A stretch of DNA of 57,429 bases from a virus (lineage: Duplodnaviria; Caudoviricetes), in IMG/VR virus record IMGVR_UViG_3300037427_004775, positions 1 to 57,429 of that record; one strand, written 5' to 3'. The notes under the pieces were generated by a model, which was given only the letters and a program-made list of their open reading frames with translations, was not told the origin of the DNA and did not search any database. Every line of letters begins with the position of its first letter. Positions within the stretch are counted from its first letter, which is position 1. Positions 41,701-48,986 of the stretch are shown here, piece by piece. Made by a program: the position numbers and the translations under genes.

Positions 41701-43014
41701 ATTTATGATAACACCAGCTGCAGCTACTGTTATTGCAATGTCGTTAGTCGAGTGAATATGGGTTGAAACTGCACTTTCACCCTTGTTGATATATACAGCA
41801 TTATTGCCACCATCTACAAAGAAAGCCTCATCTTCATTATTTGTTTCTACCCTAAAATCATGATCAATAGAGCCTTCGTTAACAACAGTTTCATCAGCAC
41901 CGATCCTGAATTTTTCTGATCTAGTAGCACCACCCGTCATTGTCTTGAAGACGATTGCAGCGTCTTCAGACCCACCGGTATGTGTTGTTGTTAATGCCTC
42001 GACACCTGCAACATATTCATAGTTACTGTCTGATGTTTCTAGTCTAAAAAGAATCCCAGTACCAATTCCGGCTGAGCTGATTGCAGTAGCCGACATTTTT
42101 TCTAAAATAAGTGCGCTATTAACCCCAGTGGGCGAATCATTTCGAAGTGCAATATGGAGCGGTGCCAATGGACCGTGAGATGATGGAAGCGTGGTACTGC
42201 TAGATCCAGAATAGATAAGAATCTGTTCAGCACTAGTATCTGCCTTAAAGAAGGTGGCTTGATGTTGAGATCTTATTTCCATGTCGAGCGCACCACCGTG
42301 CTCATTGACAACGAGACCACCACCAATCTCTGCGGAACCTGAAACATAGAGAGATCCGGATCTACTAAGGTCTACTTCAATTACCTGTTTTTCAGCATAA
42401 AGCGTTCCTGATACTACAAGGTCCCCTCCGAACACCGCGGTACCGCAATATCCGTTGCTCCCGTCGTTTCGCTTAGAATTCTTAGATCCAGAGACCCAGA
42501 AGTTGACATCTAACATGTTATATGGATCATTAGCAGCTGTATTGGAACTTGTATGCGGGTGTGAGCCACCGATGGATTGAGAAAGAATAAACATTCTCTG
42601 ACCAGACCCACCTGGGCTGGCGCTAGAGCCAGAAATAAATGTTATAAACGGAACAGCGTTTGCACCCGAAGCTACGAGAATATGAGCTTTTGTTACTCGT
42701 TGAGTCGCATGATGCGGAAGTATGTCCATTTTTTCATCAAAAGCAATTCTGACATTACCGCCATACGTGTTTGCTAATGCAAAACCGCCAGATAACGAAG
42801 CATCTGTTTGATATATTTGAACCATACCAAAATTGCCTGAACCTGAATAGACCCTATCAGGTCTAGATCCTACAAAATCTGTCGCGACCGAAGCCGAGTA
42901 AATTAATAGCCCCGGAGAACTGCCATCGGTTTTGTTCACAGCCCAGTTTCCGCCAGAAACTACTAGTGTATTTGTTCTAATTTGTTTTGCTAAAAAATCT
43001 TTAGGATTACCCAT
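38761..43014 (-). CDS. Long tail fibre / virion fibre protein with internal repeats
   Basis: 1417 aa with repeated NExGxxxDFR(V/I)E...FVD units and four VSGS...FGGD...SG modules; C-terminal YNLGSAALRFANIYTGDLHLRNDRGNWTIYE resembles phage fibre termini. Confidence 0.82.
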   Translation of the reverse strand: MGNPKDFLAKQIRTNTLVVSGGNWAVNKTDGSSPGLLIYSASVATDFVGSRPDRVYSGSGNFGMVQIYQTDASLSGGFALANTYGGNVRIAFDEKMDILPHHATQRVTKAHILVASGANAVPFITFISGSSASPGGSGQRMFILSQSIGGSHPHTSSNTAANDPYNMLDVNFWVSGSKNSKRNDGSNGYCGTAVFGGDLVVSGTLYAEKQVIEVDLSRSGSLYVSGSAEIGGGLVVNEHGGALDMEIRSQHQATFFKADTSAEQILIYSGSSSTTLPSSHGPLAPLHIALRNDSPTGVNSALILEKMSATAISSAGIGTGILFRLETSDSNYEYVAGVEALTTTHTGGSEDAAIVFKTMTGGATRSEKFRIGADETVVNEGSIDHDFRVETNNEDEAFFVDGGNNAVYINKGESAVSTHIHSTNDIAITVAAAGVIINEDGNAANDFRVETDNKTHALFVDASLDQVLILTGAAGMPSSANMTDACFVVSGSKDQRGRGGTYGTAVFGGDAHFSGSVTVGGTLGSWTSVTSPHYHVIPASGDFSVGIGHGGVGNGITQSDIWLGKDGGAIFNQHGSGSSHSDFRIEGQNDANLFVVDVSTDSIGINVAAGSHGSRLDILANDASEVGLLVTNNPGSAAAMGDVAKFISGSVEVFSVGSTDVVINEGSATRDFRVESNADTHMLHVDGTNDGVSIGTSDPSSSTKLHIGNSSNSSAERVILMVENETASALDAQITFAKQGTAKHCIGMDDSDSDKFKISTGGSLGAGVSLIDLPAAAGGEIVFNEGHADIDFRIEGDTDTNLFVVDASADTIGINIAAGSHGAKLDILQDAASGKGLLVKNNPGSGAAAGDIAQFVSGSTEVFSVGAADVVINEGGTSRDFRVESLNQAGMLFVDASEDTVAIGTISVDSNASLHITHPQDSAAAILLIENESSGNAYDAQVSFAKNGTTAHSIGMDDSDSDKLRIAMGSALGASNKALMDFPSATGGAIVVNEDGQDHDFRIETTNDTKAFLVDAGNDVVVINENGDGVDFRVETAAEDEAFFVDSSANIVYVNKGETAVTTIIGSTNDEAIRVGAAGVIFNEDGHATNDFRVESDSKDHAFWVDSGANFVSILTGSEAITGNTKGGTDVCFFVSGSNDKDTQVRGVSVFGGDVVVSGTIYDKSGNSLTNNYGKMAVLDSSGNTEGTSTAAGLADTFKLKEGSGIGLSINAGSDQVTISANFGSATNPAFTDRGFRTGHVENHRGTSIICTSSIAFVSGNHIGGVSPVAYDASNVGQDVFFFVSGSVGGETAAAAHRHGVSCFGGDMVVSGALATKSNFKVNGNTNLKGNTALGNANSDTITFTGRVNSHVLPSADSTYNLGSAALRFANIYTGDLHLRNDRGNWTIYEEPDMLVVVNNLTGKKYKMGLTPLEDDE
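40018..41271 (-). repeat. Intragenic tandem duplication, 2 x 627 nt (209 aa), in the tail fibre
   Basis: DFRIEG..NLFVVD..IGIN.AAGSHG..NNPGS..SGS.EVFSVG..GMDDSDSDK occurs twice; DFRIE anchors at 41271, 40644 and 40017 are 627 nt apart. Confidence 0.85.
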
Positions 43015-43025
43015 ATTATTTCCAC

Positions 43026-43271
43026 CTACTCAGATCGTGCAGCCATATAGTGTACATATCCTGTAAATACATCAGAAAACTCTAAATCAAAACCATTGAT
43101 AGAGACATTTCTAACATATGCATTTACATTATCTGAACCACTTAATGTCGGCAACAGTGTCACATTGACGTACGGATACTTAACAAAAGTATCTGAGAAA
43201 CTTATATAGCTTCCGGTTACTTTAGATAGCGATACTTTTCTAATTTCTACTTCCAGAGCCGGAGCGGACAT
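43026..43271 (-). CDS. Small H-type-lectin-like virion protein
   Basis: ISFSDTFVKYPYVNVT...VRNVSINGFDL...VHYMA. Confidence 0.65.
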   Translation of the reverse strand: MSAPALEVEIRKVSLSKVTGSYISFSDTFVKYPYVNVTLLPTLSGSDNVNAYVRNVSINGFDLEFSDVFTGYVHYMAARSE

Positions 43272-43618
43272 TAAACTGCCCCTTCTTTTATATAAAGTGC
43301 ATGCATGTGAACTGTACCTGTAAATGATTCACTTGCTGAAAGGGTCACTTTTTCTGTTGTTACTTTAAGAACTGTAATGTTTACGGATGATGCATTATTT
43401 TCTTCTTCATCCATCGCAGTTGCAGTAACAATGGGTGCAACAGGAAATGCGGCCAGAAATGTATATTCTACTTCATTTTGATTTTCAAATGTGATAGCTT
43501 GAGCTTCCCAAATTGTCTCCTTTCCTGCCATGTATTCCATGACGGGCCGAGTCCTCATATATGGGTATGTTTTTCGATATCTATTTCTATCTCTTTTTTT
43601 GAATTTTGCACGGGCCAT
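43271..43618 (-). CDS. H-type-lectin-like protein with basic N-terminus
   Basis: YTFLAAFPVAPIVTATA...LKVTTEKVTL...VHMHA; paralogous pattern to the adjacent gene; AGGAG RBS. Confidence 0.65.
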   Translation of the reverse strand: MARAKFKKRDRNRYRKTYPYMRTRPVMEYMAGKETIWEAQAITFENQNEVEYTFLAAFPVAPIVTATAMDEEENNASSVNITVLKVTTEKVTLSASESFTGTVHMHALYIKEGAV

Positions 43619-43668
43619 TTGCTTAAGACTCCTTTCTGTAAAATAAGTATTAGGCTAAACAAACGACA

Positions 43669-44958
43669 TCAGAGAACTTTTGAAGCTAAAGTAGCTAACT
43701 GCGATCTTTCTCCCTTTTCTAGCTTGATATGACCGGTAATCGCTGAGTCCTTAAACTTTTCAGCAACAATAGCTAAACCATTTGATAACTTATCAATGTA
43801 AGGTGTATCTATTTGTTCAACATCACCGAGGAGAACCACCTTAGAATTATCGCCTACTCGAGTAATAATTGTTTTTAATTCATGAATTGTTGCATTTTGT
43901 GCCTCATCTACGATAATAAATGCATCATTAAAAGTTCTACCTCGCATGAATGTAAGTGGTGCAACTTCAATTTGTCTTTTTTGACACATCATTTCAAAGT
44001 ATGTCAAATCTTTAAAGTTACATCTAAAATTATCTGCTATTGGAGACATCCACGGTGACATTTTTTCTTCAAGGCTTCCCGGTAAAAATCCGATATCTTT
44101 TCCAACAGGCTGCATCGATCTTGTAATGACAATTCGATTGTACTGCTCATTATAGATTCCGGAGAGTGCACTCATCAAAGTTAAAAATGTTTTTCCAGAA
44201 CCAGCAATACCTGTAATCGAAACTAGTTTTATTTTGTCATTAGTCAAGAGGTCAAGCGCAAATTTTTGCTCTTTATTCCGCGGATTTACCTTCATCATAT
44301 TGTTAAGTTGAGGATTAATTTCAATCAACTTATTATCTCTAACTGCGGCAATAGCAGAAGCATTACAGTCGTCAGACTTCAAAACAACAAACTGGTTCGG
44401 ATAAAGCTCTTCGTTGATATCTGATACGCACAAATCACCATTGTAAAAATTATCAATCAATGTTTTACTTACTTGAACTGTATCGACACCGGTGAAGAAC
44501 TCATACTCGCCCTCTGTTTTAATGTGATCTTTATAGTAATCCTCTGCTTTTATTTCTAATGCATCGCATTTAACTCTAAAATTGATATCTTTGGTAACAA
44601 TTGTAACATCTTCACCTTTTTTTATAAGATCAAGCCCTACACCAAGAATTTTATTATCCCCCGTACTGTGGCTCAGATCAGGCGGCAATAGGTCAATGTT
44701 GTTAAACTCTACCTTAATAGATTGATTTCCATGATCTAGAAAAACACCTTCTGTCAAAGAACCTTTAGATCTAGCATCATCTAAAAATCTATTAACATAC
44801 CTGGCATTTTCCCCTAAGAGGCCGTGTACTTCTTTTTTTCTATCAAGTTCATCTAGTACAACTAGAGGGATTACGACATTAGCCCCTGGGAAGGAATGAA
44901 TAGCAGTTTTGTCATATAAAAGTACGCTTGTGTCAAGAATGAATGTTTTTCTACTCAT
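43669..44958 (-). CDS. phoH: PIN-PhoH ATPase (PhoH2/YlaK type)
   Basis: FILDTSVLL (PIN), PRNKEQ, GIAGSGKT, IGFLPG, RGRT, DEAQN, GDVEQID. Confidence 0.95.
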   Translation of the reverse strand: MSRKTFILDTSVLLYDKTAIHSFPGANVVIPLVVLDELDRKKEVHGLLGENARYVNRFLDDARSKGSLTEGVFLDHGNQSIKVEFNNIDLLPPDLSHSTGDNKILGVGLDLIKKGEDVTIVTKDINFRVKCDALEIKAEDYYKDHIKTEGEYEFFTGVDTVQVSKTLIDNFYNGDLCVSDINEELYPNQFVVLKSDDCNASAIAAVRDNKLIEINPQLNNMMKVNPRNKEQKFALDLLTNDKIKLVSITGIAGSGKTFLTLMSALSGIYNEQYNRIVITRSMQPVGKDIGFLPGSLEEKMSPWMSPIADNFRCNFKDLTYFEMMCQKRQIEVAPLTFMRGRTFNDAFIIVDEAQNATIHELKTIITRVGDNSKVVLLGDVEQIDTPYIDKLSNGLAIVAEKFKDSAITGHIKLEKGERSQLATLASKVL

Positions 44959-45040
44959 TTAAATCTCCGTTATGTGATTTTGTACATGTACTGAGTTTTG
45001 CATTTTAATAAAACATCGATCATTAACATGAGGTTTATAC

Positions 45041-45304
45041 ATGGAAGATGTTGTTAAAGGTGTCAGCTGCTTCTCAGCACACAAAAAATGTAATATAGAA
45101 TGTGACAATAAAGGTTGTCGATTATGGATTGAAAATCCCGGATCACTAAACTGTACTCTTATCGAGGCCTCTAATGGGCCCAAAACTTTACAAGAGGTGG
45201 GAGAAATTTTTAACATTACTAGAATGAGAGTTTGTCAAATTGAGAAAAAGATCTTGATGAAACTAAAGGATCTTCAAGTTTTGTCATTCAATAATCCTGG
45301 TTAA
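45041..45304 (+). CDS. Stand-alone sigma-70 region 4 HTH with Cys-rich N-terminus
   Basis: TLQEVGEIFNITRMRVCQIEKKILMKLK resembles RpoD TLEEVG..F.VTRERIRQIE.KAL.KL; GAGG RBS. Confidence 0.85.
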   Translation: MEDVVKGVSCFSAHKKCNIECDNKGCRLWIENPGSLNCTLIEASNGPKTLQEVGEIFNITRMRVCQIEKKILMKLKDLQVLSFNNPG

Positions 45305-45340
45305 TAGTAATTATCGCCTTCAGAAACTATTTGTTCTTAC

Positions 45341-45367
45341 AAAAAAACCCTGCCTAAGCAGGGTTTT
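45341..45367. terminator. Bidirectional intrinsic terminator
   Basis: AAAAAAACCCTGC-CTAA-GCAGGGTTTT between the convergent sigma-r4 and tubulin genes. Confidence 0.88.
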
Positions 45368-45387
45368 ATAATCTGTATTAAAAATGT

Positions 45388-46434
45388 TTACTTGAGACCA
45401 CACATCATCATGATTGCTATTAAACCGGGTGCACCATCGTTTACATAGACACCTGAAAACAACGTATCAGCTCGACCGCCAACATAAGAAATGGCCGATT
45501 CTAGATGATTGCTAACAGAAGGTAGGTCTAGAACAGGTGTTGGGGCAACAAGCAAGAGCGATCCTGCTGAACCTTTTTGTGTAATGGATGGACAAGGTGA
45601 TCCTTTGAGGCAATTTTGATAAATTACAGAACCTAAACCACGTTGCTCCGGATCTCTTATGATTGATGTCCCTAGAAAAATTCTTCCAGATGATTTCAAA
45701 CAAGACTCTAGATCTTTAGAATCAAAAGTTTGAACAGTAGAAGATTCTGAAGCCAGCTTAAGAACATGACCCAGCATCTTTGAAAAAGCCTTATTAGCAG
45801 CTGGGTACATTCCCAACATTCCAACTTTTCCTCTGAGTAGTTTTAATTGCTTTTCGTTATCTAGAACAATATGAGGATGATCAGCTACGGATGCAAGTAA
45901 GTGATTTGAGTTAGCTTTGATGGTGGGGTTCAATAGTTCCTGAGCTGTTGGGGTGGTTGTTATATAGACAACTCTTCCGCTACCCTGTGTGGACTTTAAA
46001 TGTCTTTCAAGTGAATCATTGAGTGCTGCAGCAGAACTTCCTGTTCCTCCACCGCCTCCTGCACAAACGAAAATCCAGTCAACGTCTCCGATCTTGGTTC
46101 GTAAAGCATCTTCCACCAGCGCGCTGTTTTCAGATAAAACTGCAGTACCTAAATCAACGTTTTTTCCAACGCCATCGGCCCCTGGAATAAGAAGAAAGTG
46201 ATCTTCTTCAACATCGTCAGGTTGATCTTTTTCCGTAGTGTTTACTAGAATTGTTTTGTTGAAACCCAGGTCTAAAAATGCCTTGGCCAGTTTTCCACCA
46301 CCTCCACCCAAGCCAATAAATGCACATGAAAGCGCTGAAGCAGCTGTGTTTTCTGGTAGTAGTTCTTCGCTCTTAACTTCATCATTTTCATCAAAATGGC
46401 TTACAAAGTCAAAATCATCAAAATCTTGAGACAT
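45388..46434 (-). CDS. Tubulin/FtsZ-family GTPase (PhuZ/TubZ-like)
   Basis: FIGLGGGGGKLA, VNT, DGVGKN, GGGGGTGS signature, DNEK, FDSKDL (T7 loop). Best start is MSQDF at 46434 (GGAGG RBS); the frame is open to 46644. Confidence 0.9.
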   Translation of the reverse strand: MSQDFDDFDFVSHFDENDEVKSEELLPENTAASALSCAFIGLGGGGGKLAKAFLDLGFNKTILVNTTEKDQPDDVEEDHFLLIPGADGVGKNVDLGTAVLSENSALVEDALRTKIGDVDWIFVCAGGGGGTGSSAAALNDSLERHLKSTQGSGRVVYITTTPTAQELLNPTIKANSNHLLASVADHPHIVLDNEKQLKLLRGKVGMLGMYPAANKAFSKMLGHVLKLASESSTVQTFDSKDLESCLKSSGRIFLGTSIIRDPEQRGLGSVIYQNCLKGSPCPSITQKGSAGSLLLVAPTPVLDLPSVSNHLESAISYVGGRADTLFSGVYVNDGAPGLIAIMMMCGLK

Positions 46435-46643
46435 ATTAATTTCCTCCGAGTGTTCAGGCTCATCTTCTATATAATTAACATCTTCATGAAGTTTTTTATT
46501 CTCTTTGTTTATAGAGGCTTCATCGTCATTCATTGTTGACTTTTCATCACTGAGCACATTCTTTTTCCCGGGCTTACCATTCAAACCTCGCTTTCTTGCA
46601 TGTTCTCTAGTCATAGTAGATGTTTTTACTGTACTGGCCATCA

Positions 46644-46672
46644 ATAATAATTATAATGTTAATAGCAGTCAA
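46644..46672 (-). promoter_or_regulatory. Sigma-70-like promoter upstream of the tubulin gene
   Basis: TTGACT-17 nt-TATTAT on the minus strand. Confidence 0.5.
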
Positions 46673-46685
46673 GTTAATTCAAGTC

Positions 46686-46886
46686 TTAGCTTTTCAGTTT
46701 CCATTGAAGCGCTTTCTTTCTAGACGCCAAAGAAATTTCAATTTCTTCAGTGGGCAAATCTAGACTATCTTTTATTTCCCATAGTGACTTTTCTATTTCA
46801 TCTGTGATTTCATCACACTCTTCAGCGTAAACCACAGCCGGCTCACTTGTTCTAAAACGTTTTCTAATTTCAGCATACCAATTCAT
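46686..46886 (-). CDS. Hypothetical protein (66 aa)
   Basis: ATG with GGGAG RBS inside a hairpin; co-oriented with neighbours. Confidence 0.55.
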   Translation of the reverse strand: MNWYAEIRKRFRTSEPAVVYAEECDEITDEIEKSLWEIKDSLDLPTEEIEISLASRKKALQWKLKS

Positions 46887-47016
46887 ACAATCTCCCAGAT
46901 TGTCTCTGTAGCTACTTTAGCAACAAAGAGGTGGTAATAGGTATAAACCAACTAGGGAAACAATCTGCAGGGTTCTGCAGTTATCTATGACCATCCTGGG
47001 GTCATTCCCCCACTAG
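46887..47016 (-). promoter_or_regulatory. Candidate structured 5' leader (RBS-sequestering hairpin with an alternative pairing partner)
   Basis: Four hairpins in 130 nt, including ACAAUCU-GGG-AGAUUGU directly before the AUG. Confidence 0.45.
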
Positions 47017-47274
47017 ACTAATCCTTGCGTACCTTCCCTGCTTAGAAAAGAAGCACTTTGCTATCGAAGAATTTACAATATTCTTTGTAGCTTTGCCAGG
47101 AATAAATATTTGAAAATCATAAAGTTCGTAAACTTTTCCTTCAAGCATTACGAAATACTTTTCATTTATTTGATTATTGTATTTGTTTCGTACTTTTTTA
47201 ACATCAACAATTAATCCCGTATCTTCCCGACCTGTTTCGTGATTCCATACACCTACTACTTCATTTTTTTTCAT
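47002..47274 (-). CDS. Hypothetical protein (SH3-like beta pattern)
   Basis: 90 aa ORF with GAGGG RBS. Confidence 0.6.
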   Translation of the reverse strand: MKKNEVVGVWNHETGREDTGLIVDVKKVRNKYNNQINEKYFVMLEGKVYELYDFQIFIPGKATKNIVNSSIAKCFFSKQGRYARISLVGE

Positions 47275-47328
47275 AAAAGATCCCTCAAGTATAATTTTAT
47301 CATGATCTGACTGGTATTACATGAAACT

Positions 47329-47586
47329 TTAATGTCTTGGAAGAACCCATGGTTCTGGTAAAATAGAAGAATTTGTATTGCATGTGCATGTTGTTCCGCT
47401 TACTTCTAGCATACCTGCTGTTGAACCACAGGACTCTTCACACTGAATTATTACAGCTTCATCTACTTGACAAGAGTTTATCATCATCCCTGCAACAACA
47501 GCACAACAGATAAACAGTGTCATTTTTGATATCGTGGATCCGACTGTTCGTATTAGAACTTTATCTGACGTTTCTGAATCATCCAT
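47329..47586 (-). CDS. Small membrane/lipoprotein-like Cys-rich protein
   Basis: TM segment followed by SC and CEESC...CTC. Confidence 0.65.
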   Translation of the reverse strand: MDDSETSDKVLIRTVGSTISKMTLFICCAVVAGMMINSCQVDEAVIIQCEESCGSTAGMLEVSGTTCTCNTNSSILPEPWVLPRH

Positions 47587-48264
47587 TTAATCTACGACTC
47601 CATGATGATCTTTTACATCTTGAATAATGTTATGAGAATCCGGATGAAATACCACAAAAAACCCGCGTTCTTCACCAATTCTTGTTGCACACATTAAACC
47701 AGGAACGTGCTTTCCTTGTTTGCTAATATAAACATATCGAGTTTGTATTGAGTTTTTTCTGCTCATCTCCGGAGAGCTGCACAATTCACCGATCTTTGAC
47801 ATAAGTACAATATCATTAATTCTATGGGCATAAACATTATCAAGTTCTCCACAACAGTACCCAAGAAGGTCTGTCATTAATTGATTTGCTTGAAGAATTT
47901 TATGATCATTAGTCAACATCATTGCTGGAAATAACATCTTTTTAGTAAAGTTACCCGCAGCTTCAGAACTGGACATTGGATCAGCAGATATTTTAGACTG
48001 CCTTAAAAAGTAGAGAAGCTCTTCTATTTCTCTTTCTCGTTTTTTGTTCAGGGCTTCAAGCGCTTTGTGCATTTCATTTTGAACTTTTGTCAAAAGAATG
48101 GATTCGCTCATCATAATAAACCAAATAGACCCAGCCATAAGTGTTATACCTAGCGACCGACCAGTATGATTTTCCCACCCTCCAAGACAAATAGCTAGTG
48201 CACCAGCAATAAAAAGCAAAAAACTACACAGTTGAACTTGGTTCCGTGGCAAGTTAGGAAACAT
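47587..48264 (-). CDS. Membrane protein with two TM helices, a coiled coil and a PAS domain
   Basis: AMMLTNDHKILQANQLMTDLLGY...EL and YISKQGKHVP are PAS-like; no kinase output domain. Confidence 0.75.
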   Translation of the reverse strand: MFPNLPRNQVQLCSFLLFIAGALAICLGGWENHTGRSLGITLMAGSIWFIMMSESILLTKVQNEMHKALEALNKKREREIEELLYFLRQSKISADPMSSSEAAGNFTKKMLFPAMMLTNDHKILQANQLMTDLLGYCCGELDNVYAHRINDIVLMSKIGELCSSPEMSRKNSIQTRYVYISKQGKHVPGLMCATRIGEERGFFVVFHPDSHNIIQDVKDHHGVVD

Positions 48265-48370
48265 GCTAATATTATAACTTAATTAATCACCGGGTTAAAC
48301 ACTGGACGATTCCAGCTTTAGAGATATCGTCATTTGACATATAAGGTGTTATTAGTTTTTTAATTAATGA

Positions 48371-48403
48371 TTGAGGCACCTGTAATCCCGTGCCTCCCTG
48401 CGG
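48371..48403 (-). repeat. Conserved hairpin element, copy 1
   Basis: Minus strand CCGCAGG-GAGGCAC-GGGATTACAG-GTGCCTC-AA, 10 nt after the TAG at 48414. Confidence 0.92.
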
Positions 48404-48413
48404 ATTTTGAATT

Positions 48414-48629
48414 CTACTTCTTCTGAACGAATGCGTAGAGCTTCTCTGCTTCTGCAATAACATCTTCTGCCGCGTAAGGCAATATTGCCTTTCGCTGATA
48501 TTTGCTATCATTTTCTGCAGCAAAATGCTCGTTTTGTTCAAGTCGACTCGTTCTATCAGAAACAATTCCAATAGCCATACCCAGCAAATCTGTGCGGAGC
48601 TGGTACCCGCTTTTCTTTGAATCACTCAT
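48414..48629 (-). CDS. Small hypothetical phage protein (71 aa)
   Basis: MSDSKKSGYQLRTDLLGMA...DVIAEAEKLYAFV; AGGAG RBS preceded by a CA-rich tract. Confidence 0.8.
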   Translation of the reverse strand: MSDSKKSGYQLRTDLLGMAIGIVSDRTSRLEQNEHFAAENDSKYQRKAILPYAAEDVIAEAEKLYAFVQKK

Positions 48630-48659
48630 TTTACTCTCCTTTGTGTGTGTGTGTTGAGT

Positions 48660-48692
48660 GTGAGGCATCTATAATCCCATGCCTCCCTGCGG
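48660..48692 (-). repeat. Conserved hairpin element, copy 2 (compensatory C-G to U-A change)
   Basis: Minus strand CCGCAGG-GAGGCAT-GGGATTATAG-ATGCCTC-AC, 9 nt after the TAG at 48702. Confidence 0.92.
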
Positions 48693-48701
48693 CTAGGTTT
48701 A

Positions 48702-48887
48702 CTATCCGTTCTTTGTTGCTTGAACGTGTAAACGAACTTCTTGTGCTGAAGCTTTTACTTCTTGCATTGCTTTTCTAACTCTAGTACCTGCTGAGTTATT
48801 TCCACCATCATAAAATTTATCATAGTCATTTCGAACTGACTCTAAAAGACTGATCATCTCACTTAAAGTGTCTGGTGTATTGCTCAT
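48702..48887 (-). CDS. Histone H1-like Hc1-family small protein
   Basis: DYDKFYDGGNNSAGTRVRKAMQEVK; start MSNT at 48887 with AGGAG RBS. Confidence 0.82.
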   Translation of the reverse strand: MSNTPDTLSEMISLLESVRNDYDKFYDGGNNSAGTRVRKAMQEVKASAQEVRLHVQATKNG

Positions 48888-48986
48888 TGTTAATCTCCTA
48901 TTCATGAGTTTTGGAATAGCCATTCCGCTATTAGTATAAAAAATTATAGAACTAGTGTTAAATTCATCAAATTACTAGTTGAATAA

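Noticed and set aside
48375-48389. GGCACCTGTAATCCC resembles the human Alu/SRP motif
   Set aside because: The match is only about 14 nt, varies among copies and has no flanking Alu sequence; treated as coincidence, not contamination.
48287-48625. 112-aa minus-strand ORF overlapping the 71-aa gene
   Set aside because: It is an alternative frame without a suitable RBS and runs through hairpin copy 1; the 48414-48629 frame has the RBS and protein-like sequence.
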